Source: Azolla caroliniana (lineage: Eukaryota; Plantae; Polypodiophyta). From it: DNA of 64,000 nt. Every line of letters begins with the position of its first letter. Positions within the stretch are counted from its first letter, which is position 1. The notes beneath the pieces were generated by a model. The model saw only the letters and a list, made by a program, of their open reading frames with translations, did no database searches and had not been told where the DNA came from. Both the position numbers and the translations under genes were made by a program. Shown here piece by piece: positions 38,235-50,200 of the stretch. The DNA lies in NCBI GenBank assembly GCA_043228905.1, contig JBHGNT010000011.1, forward strand, positions 21,390,001-21,454,000, in the 5' to 3' direction.

Positions 38235-41200
38235 TCAGACTGAGCAGCAGAAGGCGTCGTCCTTTTCTGGTATCGGTGGATCAACTTCTCGTGTCACACT
38301 TTGTTTCCGTCTCCGATTTGATGTCTCCAAATAAATAAGAAGAGAAGTTACATCAGCTGGGCTTACACCACCCACCCGTGATGCTTGACCGATGTTTTCT
38401 GGACGGATCTGAGCAAGACGATCATTATTATATGATTGAACAATGAAGACGCTTCTCTTTTTTTATTTCTACCAATAATGAGTTTGATTTGAACAATTAT
38501 CATAAGGATTTAATGCACACACAAAATGACCTCATACACACCTTAGAGAGTTTCTCGCGTGACTCCCATGAAAGAGTTGTAATTGAATTATAATCCAGGT
38601 CCTTTGGAATAACCTTATGGTGCTTTAATGCCATCTATTGAATTCCAGCATATATCCCGTCAGATTGCAAATCCTTCTAAGTGGATAAATAAATTATTAT
38701 TAAATGTGTTATCCTTCTATGCGGGTTTAGGGTAAGCACTTTCTTCATATACAAGTGCTTCGAGTAAATATTTTATTCATCTATGAGATGTAGAGTTTAG
38801 GGGGTAAATAATTTCTTCATTCATGAGAGATTAGGTGAATGCTTTCTTCATTTATGAGGGTTTAGGGGCATAAATGCTTTCTTCATCCATAGGATTTAAG
38901 GTTTTAGGGGCAGAAATGATTTCTTCATTCATAAGGGTTAGTGGTTTAGGAGCACATACTTTCTTCATCCACGAGGGTTAAAGGTTTAGGGACATAAGCT
39001 ATTTCTTCATCAAAAAAGGATTAGGGTTTAGGACAGTCTTTCTTTCTTCATCTATGAGGATGAGGATTTGGGGTCAATGCTTCCTTAATCTCTGAGCATA
39101 CTACACAAAGTTGATCTCGAAATTAACTATCATATTTTCACTTGATCTCGAAACCACAAAGTTGACATACTACACAGTAATCTAGTCATCAGGTGTCCAA
39201 ACCAACCTTTTTAACTAGAAGAAATCATATTTTGCTTCAATCTACAGGATTACTTACTCACCAGTTGGGAGAGACGATCCTAAGCATGTTTTCATCATTA
39301 ACAGAGGATTTAAACAAATAACATTAACAAATTGCTAGATAGACAGACAAGCAATCAGACACAAAAATATTCTCTTACACATGCAAGACCCATACCTGTT
39401 CCAAGTGGTTATGCTGACGCTGAATAAATCCCGCATACTTTATATCTATCTCAATACACTCTTTTTCATGGAAGCTAAGCAATGGATTACCATGGCCATT
39501 ATTATCCAAAATATCATAATGCACGTGAGGACGTTTTAAAATGACTTCTAAACTGGTGGGTTCCTTCACACCTTGTCCTGAAATAGCTACTAGATCTGCT
39601 ATCATGGGATCAGATGCTGATACAAGGAACATAATTTTTCTCATTAAAAGAAGTGATGAATCCTAAGAGACAGGTACAACCAAAATGAATTACATTATTG
39701 AAAGAGAGAATTACGCTGTATTCTGATTTTGCGAAGTCGTGATTTTTCATCTTCAATATGGGACTGTTTTTCTGTGTATTGTTTCCATCTTCTATCATCA
39801 ATCAACCCTATCTCACGTGCCAATGGTGTAAGCCGACTATCAGCGTTGTCTGCTCGAAGAAGTAGCCGATGCTCAGAGCGGCTAAAAACACCCGATAAAA
39901 ATCAATTGAGTGTTTGTGTAATTCTCTCCTGATAAAGCATTAGATTTAGGAAGGAAATTATGGAAGTTGGAAGTCCAAATCCTTAAACCATACTGTCCAT
40001 TTTGTGGGCATTTCAATAGATGAATACTAACATCCTTGGAATTTCATTGATGCAATGCAGAAGAGAACATACTATACTCATCCATCTTGAAAACCTTCTC
40101 CTAAACTGAAAGATTGATTTCCTTTTTGCAAATATATGCTAGCTTTTGGGCACTTGGAAGCTGACTTGCAAATCAAACGCAATATAAAGTTCAAGGCTAT
40201 CTTGTGGCTTCTTGTTTTTTGAGTTCTTTTCATTGTTCTTAATCAATGGTGAGTGAAAGATTAGTTTTGATTACTTAATTATTCACGAAAATCCTTTCAA
40301 GCTATAACCTGAACCTAGCCTCAATAGAATTCATCTCTTGAGCATATTGAACCCTTTCAAGAAATTGTAAAAGCAAGAAAATTATCCAGAATTTAATTAC
40401 TTCCTTAAGTAGTGAATGAAAGAGGTTTAGATAATTAAATCACGTGGAAAATCTTGTAAATAGCATTGTATTAACAGTCATCACATAGGCAGTAAAAACC
40501 AATTTTTATGTAATCCCTTCCATCATTGTGCTCATGCATCCTACTCCTACAAAATCACATAGGTATTTTACATGAAACTTGGAAAAGCATTAAGGTATGC
40601 AAAAGAATGGAATTCTAGATTTGATACACAGCATGCATCCGACTGTATTTACCTTGTCAGCATTCGATAGGGTTCACGCAGATCCTTAGTTACAAGATCA
40701 TCTATAAGAGTCCCAATATAACTACTCTCCCTTTCAAGCACAATAACACTTTTCTGTGCTGCAAACCTTGCTGCATTAATGCCCGCAACAAGACCCTGCA
40801 TCAAAATTCCATTCATCATTCTCATCCAGATTGATAAATTATTGAATGAAAATATCCACTACACGAGAAAATGTGGTATAAATAACATAAAACCCTCAAA
40901 AGTAGCTGCAGAATGTATAAAAAAATACAGCATTTCACAGAGATCACTTAGATCCATCAGTACAGACCAAAATATGTGAAGCGAGCTAGTAGTGAAAACA
41001 GATGAACCTCAGCCTTTGAAACGACTTCAATATGGAGAGATCTCTGAATCGCGGGAAGCACCTTCAGTGTAGGGTGATAATGGCCTTTCTTTCTCGATAA
41101 GGTTCATGGAGCCATGGTCCAGATAGCCATTTCTATCTTCCGATCCATTGTAACCCACTTGTGTAGATATTGATTGACTTGTCACATGATAAATGTAAGA

Positions 41201-44200
41201 GTTAAAGAAAGTCATGACAGTCCTTTGATGAATGGAAACTTAGACATTTCCATAAGAAAAACTATTTCCAGTAAGGCATTTAACATACATATGTTACATG
41301 AAAAGACGCCTAAAACTTTCTAGCTGTTTCAGCTTTCTACTTCCTATCATCTTTTACAAGCAATGTCCCTATTTTGCAGTCTCTCCAAAATATAATGAAA
41401 CTATAGCTATAATGAAGTCATGATATACATGACATTTCTCCATAGCAATGTATCACATATGTTTCACTTGAATTCTATGGACAATCGATGTCCAATATTG
41501 GTGAGTATTGCTTCCATCAGTCTCACTAGTTCTAAGTTCACCTTCACAGTAATTCACTTCATTGAACTCATGAGACTCTGGATGCAGTTGCCAATTATAG
41601 ATAACTAGATTTTATTGAAATCAAAAGATTTTTCAAGTATCTTTACGAACTTCATCTTATATACTCAACTTAGAACATTCAGCCTTCATCTTATATATCC
41701 AATTGTTTTCCTTCAGATTACAATCAATTCACCTCTTTAGTCAAAACCTGTAAAGCCAGGAAGGCTGGCTTTTTGCCTACTCTGCGAGTGAAAGAAATGA
41801 AAGTTCATGGAATCGGAGGAATGTGGTCATCATACATCATGTTCCATATAAACTCAGAATTTGGGTCTAGACTGATACCTGGTATAGTTAGGACAAGACA
41901 AACTGAAATCAATAGTTCTCTAGGATAAGAATCAGTTAGATATGGATCCAATTTGTTCGCTAAGTAAAAATATATTCCTCAACTGTGAGAGATATTCCAA
42001 AAGTGATGACATCTCATTGTCTGAAAGAATGCTAGTTTCTGTCTCTGATCTCTTCAGAGTGGTACCAGAAATCAAGCAAGAACCAGTATTATTCATCACC
42101 TTGCAATGCATCCCTTTGCCAATCTTTGTGACGACAAAAGCAGCCCCAGTTGGGATAGGTAAACCAACTATTTGCAAGGGACAAACTAAACTTTCAGGTC
42201 AGATGAGATCACACTACTGCCAAACACTGTCTGGCAAAGACATCTACAAAGAAAACTGGTAAAATATCTCCATTGAAAATGAGAGAGAACGACACACTTG
42301 CTTTATAGACTATTTCTGTGGATTAGCTAGCAAATATCCCTTCTGGAAGTACTCTGGTTTTGAGCAGATGGAGGGTCTGGGTCATGAGGGTTCACTCCCT
42401 AGCGTAGATATAACCAGATACGAGATAGAGAGGATCCAGCCATTATGAATCGAACATGAATTTCATCATAGGTATAGATGGCACTATGGTACGTTTCAAA
42501 ACGTTGAAATGCACATTGAAACGGCTTAATTTAGGATGTGTTATCAATTTACAACACTATGCCTAGAGTTAGTCGGGGGTTAAGCCCCAAGATTTGGCAG
42601 CAGACTTAAGGAGCCACTTACAGATGCTTTACACCCAATCATTCCAGATAATGCTTGCATCCCATCCTACCACAGCCGGTGGCACAGAGTTAGCCGGGAG
42701 TATCTGGATCCTTGGACATATATGAAATGAGATAAGAGATAAACCAACCAACTAATCCCGATAATTCTATAATCAGTTATAGAGATAGCCTATTCATTTG
42801 TTCAGAAGTTTTTTCGTTTGTTATGTAATAGAAACTCTTGAGTGACCGCTCAAGATGGACTGATGGCATCCCAACATAGCGCATCGAATGACAAGCCATG
42901 TAGGAAACAATGGCAAGGTCTTTCGTCAGTGGCATACCAAATGAAAATTATTTTGTTGGCTACTTTTTCTACCGCCAACAGACAACGAAAGAACTGCCAA
43001 ATATAAAGAACAGATATTGTGTTGCCATGGCTAGTTTCTATTTTTAATTTCATCATAGGTTATTGCTCCATGAATAACGCAAAAAAACTGCAGGGATATT
43101 TGCAAGCTGAGTTTATACACTCCATTGTCTTCTAGAGTAGTATGCAGCTATCACCTGGATCTGGTCACTTCGTCCTATATCTTAAGGTCTATACAGAGAC
43201 AAAAGTTGCATGCTGGGATCTTTCTTCCCAAAAGACACTCTAGGGCAAAAACAGTGTCTTTCATTTGTCCAATAACATTGAGAAAAAGGTATCTCAGATA
43301 ACAATAGTCCGTATGTGCTCCAGTTGCAGATGAATAGAATATATATGATAATGGAAAATAGCAAACAGCCATGAGCAACTGGAGAGCAAAAATGACAAGG
43401 AAAAAGTCATCAGGACCAGTTAGTGAACCTCATTCCTCAAGAGGCCTTCATTGAATGTCATGTCCAAACCCATGGCTGAATTCTTTAGGCTAAAATTTAT
43501 CTTCAAGGATACGAGCACTATGGAAGGTGAACATACCTCTGAAATCAAATTTCAGTAAGTATATCCATCCAATCCCCCTAAGCCTCCATAAACAGCCAGT
43601 ATAACAGAAATATAAATGTGTGATATGTCATTACACCTTGATTAATTTTATCGTTCGTCTTTCTCTATTTATTTACCATTCTAACATACACCACATTTAA
43701 GGATGGTTTTATAATTTCCTAAACTCTTCATGCTATTAGAAGACTCATACTCAATCTTTATGGATGTTTAATTAGATTGAAACAGTGATCTAAATATGAT
43801 GATTAACATTCTACATAGAAAAGATAAAATTGCCTTTGAATGGAGACAATTCTCAGGAAACAGATAGGGTTCAAAGAGCACCACCATCAAAATGTAAAAC
43901 TTTTATTCAGACCATTTTCATCAATGAATAACATGAGAGTGAGAAGAAAAAATAAGCAGAAACGAGATTTTTATCAGTACCTGGGCTGCAGCTTCTTCAT
44001 AGCCAGTAGTTCCATTAATCTGACCACTGAAAAACAAACCTGCAACCTTTTTTGTCATTAAGGTTCTGTCACATTGATGAGCAGGCAAGTAGTCATATTC
44101 CACAGCATATGCTGGTCTCAGCATGACACACTGTTCTAACCCAGGTAGAGTTCTTAATAGTGCTAGCTGTAGTCTTTCTGGTAAACCTGTGGAAAATCCC

Positions 44201-47200
44201 TGCACAAATAGTACAACTTTTTGGAGCTGGAAGAATGCATGGCAATAGGATGGCAAATAGTGGATCAATGGATTTGATGTATTAAGATTTGATACAAGAT
44301 AAAAAAACTATCATACCATTGAATAAAGCCCTCAATTGAGTGATATATTTATGGTTTTGGCCGCTACTATTTCATAAATTAACATAATACTTTTTATAGC
44401 AGAATTAAACTCAATCCATGTTGCATAGAACGTGTTGTTCTTGTACACTATCATGTTAGTATATAACCATAAGTCAAACTTCATGAATAGATGGCGAAAG
44501 CATAAGCAAGGGTAAACCTGTACATAAAGGTCTGGAATTGTCCTTCCCTCTGGCTCCAGGAATATCTGATGTGACTCTTTATCTTTGAACCTCACAATCT
44601 GGTGCAGAATGCATTCAGTATGTTAGGGATGGACGCGCCCTACTATAAAGGAAGTAACATTTTTAAACACATTACAGCTCACTTGCATATCAAATCACTA
44701 AAACAAATAAGACTTTACTTTATCCTCAATTGATGGGCAATATCGGGGACCCTTCGCTTCAACCCAACCACCATATGTCGGTGTCTCATGTAAATTATCT
44801 TTGATCAGTTGGTGTGTGGCTGCAGTCGTATGAGTAAGATAGCAGCACATTTGCTCCCTTTCCTTATGAACCTCTGTATCATAACTGAACCACCTCACCT
44901 GGCCCCAAGGATAGAATATTAAACTCACACAAATACAGAGAAAACAACAAGCTGAAGCATGCAAACAGCATTCGTGGACTGAATGGGAATTTTCTATTTT
45001 GAAAGTCTCAGTACCTCTTCATCCCCCGGCTGTCTCTCTAATTGACTTAAATTCACACTTCGTAGATCAACTCGGGCTGGTGTTCCTGTTTTCAACCTCT
45101 CTGTCTCAAATCCCAAGTTTTGTAGGTGCTCTGTGAGACCATGTGATGCCGATTCTCCAGCCCTTCCTGCTGCCATAGATGTTCTACCAACCCATATTTT
45201 TCCATTCATAAAGGTGCCTGTTGTTAGAACAACTGCAGGTGCATAGAAGTTCATGCCGAAATACGTCTTCACACCCTCTATGCGATCATTTTTGCCAATC
45301 AAAATCTCTGTTACCATGGCTTCTCGAAGATGTAGGTTCTCCGTCCTGCAAGCAACAATCAAGCTCAGTGGACGTTGTGCTATAAACAAATTTGAGGTAT
45401 ACACTACCAACTACTATTGTCATCAATATTACTGCATAATGTGATCTCTAACTGTGATGGCATGTGCACAAAGTGGATGTCACATAATCTGTAATAATCC
45501 ATAAAATAAAAATTACCGCAGAGAAACAATATGCGTAGTTTGCATCTAAAGAAACCTAAGAGCTATCAAGTATTTGCATGTGCCGCAACACACGTATTAG
45601 GGCTAAAACGTGGTTACACATCCCTATAGCAGAATTCAGTTAACATGGACCATATAAATCAAGTTCCAAACACTTTTGATACATATGTTTAGTTTTAAGA
45701 AATGTTTGAAACATACACGTGTTTGGTTTTGCAAAATGTTGGCAACATACATGTGGTTGGTTTTACAAAATCTTTGGAATATACACCATGCATTGTATTT
45801 TAACAAGTGTTTGCAACAGATATGCATGCTCACAGAATTATAGGTGAATCAAAGAGCTGCAACTCCACAGAACTTTGCAATTTCAGAAAGTATGCATGAG
45901 TAAATGAAGAAAGAAAAGATCATGCATGTTTCAATCTGAGACTATGACATGTACCCCTGTATGTGTATGTGTGTTACAAGCATGCTAAAAGTGAAGAAAA
46001 GAAATCGAGACATCATGCAGAATTTTTTATAAATGATAAACTTCCAAAACTCCTATTTATCATTCCAATGACTTTGCCCCCAATTTAGTTTGTCCATAAC
46101 ATGTGTAAAAAAAGCTTGGTTCTAATTAGGTTACGTACACTTCCAAAACACTCTTCATTTCAAGTGCATACTCTCGCTTGTCTGTCTGTGCTCGAAGTGC
46201 CCACACTGCTGGACCTTTAGACCTGTTGAGCACTCGTTTTTGCAAGTAGCATCTGAATTCAATGAAAGCAAAATCGATGTCCAGATCAGATCCCCCATTA
46301 AAAAACTTAGGATATGGTACATTCATTCAAACACGAGCAGATATTTGGTCAAACTAAAAGAAACCGTGTTTACAAATAAAATGAAGTAAATGGTTTAATA
46401 TATCAAAGAATGCATTTCAAATTCCATATATATATCCTAAATCCGATCATGACATCCTCAGAAAATATTTATGATGCCAATATGACATTTTACAGAACAT
46501 GCATGTAACAAAGGTTATGAAATCTATGGAGAATGTTAAGAGTCTATTACTATGTCAAATCCCCATCACTCACACCAAAAATGTCAAAACAACACACAAA
46601 AATTGTTAGTAAATGCTCCGATACCACTGTTAAGAGTCTATTGTTTAGTAATAGACTCTTAGCAGAGACCCAATCAGTTCAGCATTGATTTAAACCTCAA
46701 TCGAAATGTTGAGAAGCTACAAAAACAATAATCACTATGTTCATTGTTGAAAGAGGTGATGATGTTCCGTCATCTCAAGATGTCATCAGGTTCAGGTGCT
46801 ATGGTCAGTCATAGAAAGATTGCATGTATGCATCAATGTATTAAGAAAATCCTAAAGAATTTTATAAATTCCATCATAAACACTAAAACAGAAAAATATC
46901 TTATGCTAATCAAATCCACATTTCCATATACATGAACGATAAAATACAACATTAATGAAATAGATCTTGACCTTCTTAATCAAATGACATATATGAGAAT
47001 AAGATATCCAGAATCCAGACTTGAGAGTACTTCATGCAACAGTACTTTCTCTCTCTTGCAAGCACTCTGCACAGTTTTCAACCTTGATTTGTTGATGCCA
47101 CTCTAGTTTTTCACACAGTATTCTTCTCTTATTAAAACTATCTCAATGACATCTAACCATTCAATTCCTCTATAAGTTACATCCAAACTATTGCTCCACG

Positions 47201-50200
47201 ATCTACTCTGACCTTTTTCCCCAAATTTCACAAGTTACAACTGACAACTTGCTCCTATCAATTATGCTCTCAAATTTCTCCAGTGTTATCATGAATAGAC
47301 AAAACATACAATATCTCGCTTCAAGTTTAACAACATCTGCACAAAGCTTTAAGGTTCTCTGCTGTTGTTACTAACTTTAAAAATTTCAGAGTTTCTTCGG
47401 AATTCAGGGTTTCAATATCAAGGCTAATTTCTGGAGGCATTCATATGGGCTAATGATCATTAAGTTCATTTTATTTTGGTTAAAGTCTGAGAGGAAATGA
47501 AATTGCAGTTTTTCATGGAATACTATAAAGGAATATCTGAGGTGATGCCAGGGTTTGGGATGTGTTTTCCTCTGCTTTAAACTCATTTTTGTGACTGAAA
47601 ATCAATGAAAGATGCTTTCAATGCTCACGAATTTACTTTGACACCTATTTTCAGGGATCTTGGGCTTGGTCCATTGCACCTCTCTGGAATACAAATTTGT
47701 ATACTAAGACTATAATTTTCATGCTGGGCTTTTTCTGGTTCGCTCACCACTGATGTGGAAATCCTTGTTAATTTCTTTTCGTTCACTTAGTGATTTGATG
47801 AAACTCAGCGAAAGTAAAAGAGAATATACAAGCTCAAGTGAAGATTGAATCAAATGTTGCCGATGGAAGCCCAACAAATAAAATTTTGTGCATAATTACA
47901 ACTAACCTTGTGTCCAACATGTTCGGATAAGTTAAGCTCATGTTTACTTAATTTTGAAATTTAGTACAAATTTCCTTCTTGTTTTTCGAAAGTGAAAATA
48001 ATATGTCACAATCCACATAGTTTCAAATTAAGATAGGAATTACTGATGGATAAGTCATGGTTACCATGAGTGGAGAAATTTTGTTCCATCACAATATAGT
48101 TGATCTCTTTTTTCATTCACACTCAGAAATGAAATTGTTTGGCTAACGTTTTGCCTGCCGGATCATAAAAGTGCCTCTTTGATAATCCTTTGAAGCAAGA
48201 TAACGCAACTAGTCTATTCCTTCCTTTGATTCCCATAGAAGTGTCATGACAAGTATCCCACACCCAAATCTCCATATTTGTGGTTTAAAGCTTTACTGCG
48301 TCATATTTGGTTTACACATGTTGTTCTTTTAATGCCTGTATTTCTATGCAGCAGTCAGTGTTTCCTAGAACAGTTACAGTTCCATAAAGCTATTCTAACG
48401 AATTTGATTTCCAAAGTATGCATTAATCTATCCGAATGCATAAACCTATGAATGGTAGTCAATGTCATGTTGCAGTTTGAATCCTTTTGCTATCAACCAT
48501 GCTTTATGTTTTGTGGATGTTGATCCAGATATATGCATGTATTGATATACCCATTTGCAAGGATTGTCCAGTTTCGAAGCACCAGATTCCTGAAGAGATT
48601 CCATCTCCGATGTCATAGATACTATTTATCAGTATCCGGGATTGAGTTTGCCTCTCTATATGTTGAGGGTCCACTGACATCAGTGAGATAGATATAGTTG
48701 AGATCAGGGGTGTAGAAATCAATTAGATTTCAATTGAGAAAGAATCATTGATCGTTAACTTTGTTGGTGCACAAACTACTCACCTGTTTTCATTATTATT
48801 AGTTTATTAAATTTATTTCAGTGTTTGTATGCAGGCTCTTCCCAAACTTGTTGATCAACCAATATCTAGAAGTTGAAATGCAGATTTATGACATAGACTA
48901 ATCTTCCAGAAATTAAAAACTGAGAGAATTGTTGTATAATTTATCCCTGCATATTACAAGATGAAGGTAGAGTACCTATCAGCCATTTTCCCTATTTCAC
49001 CCCCCATGGCATCCACTTCATGTACCAGTTGTGACTTTGCCGGACCCCCAACTGCTGGATTGCATGGCTGTATAAGTATAGAGTTTAACCATCAAAAGAA
49101 ACCAAATCGGGTATGAAGAGAATTGGATTAGTAAAATCGAAAACATATCATTGATTATGCAAAATCTAGATGTGTCTTTTTTTACGAATCAAAATTACTG
49201 CAAATCAATAGTGTGCTCATATCAAGTGTGAGTTTGTGGGGTATGTGGCTTTTAACTCTTGTCTTACTCACATAATGGTGCTAAAAAACACCACTGATTA
49301 AATTCTTTAATTGAAGATTAGTTATGGACCCCTTTTTGGATGATACAATAGACGCCATCCAGGACAAGAACCACAAAGAAATTGGCACCAGAATACATAG
49401 AAAGCTCAAAGGAACACTAGAAAAAGGGGGATAAAGTAAATCTCATCCAAAACTAGAGGGAAAATGGCCAAGAGGCCCAACCCCATCGTAAAAATCCAAT
49501 GATCTTTTGGTGACTTTGGGAGCTCTTTTATCTTCTTGGGTTTTCTCCTTTCACATAGTCTTATTTAGAGTTCTAACTTCATTTCCTCAAACTTTCAGTT
49601 GAGTTTAAGAGTGATTAAGATTAAGAGCTGATTAGCCAAACCCTAATCACTCTACATCTTGTATGTGCAGCTAACAATCGGTAATGGTTCGGTTCGGCTC
49701 AGTTCAGTTCGAGAATGTAAAATCCAAACCATTAAAAACTGAACCGAATCAAACCATGAAACCGTCTAAACCAAAACCATTCAAACCAAACCGTTACAAA
49801 AAATCCAAGCTCAAACCAAACAGTTTTAGAGATTTTCAAACAGTTAAAACTGTGATTTTGCGGTTCAGTTTGGGTTTTAAAGTTGGGTCAATTTTCAAAA
49901 TTTCAAAGTTCTCAATATCTCACATTTTTATTTTCAAAATTTTAAAGGTTTTTCCTAAAATATCAAAAGTAGGCTTAAAAATAATCAAAAAAAGATTCAA
50001 GAGCATATTTAAGAAAATAATCAAGTGTCAACCCTAAACCATCAAACTGTTTACGCCATTTAAACGGAAACCGTTAAGCCAATGAAGACTCAAACTGAAC
50101 CGAACTGTTGACCCCCTCAAACTGAACCCAACCCAACCATAACCAAACCATTGGCGATTGCTATGTGTGCTGTGTACTTTCTTTATAATAGACGTGGTGA

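Noticed and set aside
38720-39085. Repeat-spacer appearance suggestive of a CRISPR array
   Set aside because: Eukaryotic intron; the spacers are homologous to each other, the repeats are short and degenerate, and there are no cas genes.
48504-48780. 72-aa ORF with WCFETGQS, faintly like plastid Ycf2 (WYFELGTS)
   Set aside because: Similarity is too short and the spacing of neighbouring motifs disagrees; BLAST would be needed to call a NUPT.
49684-50037. 117-aa K/P/F-rich ORF
   Set aside because: It is a translation of the MITE's subterminal repeats.
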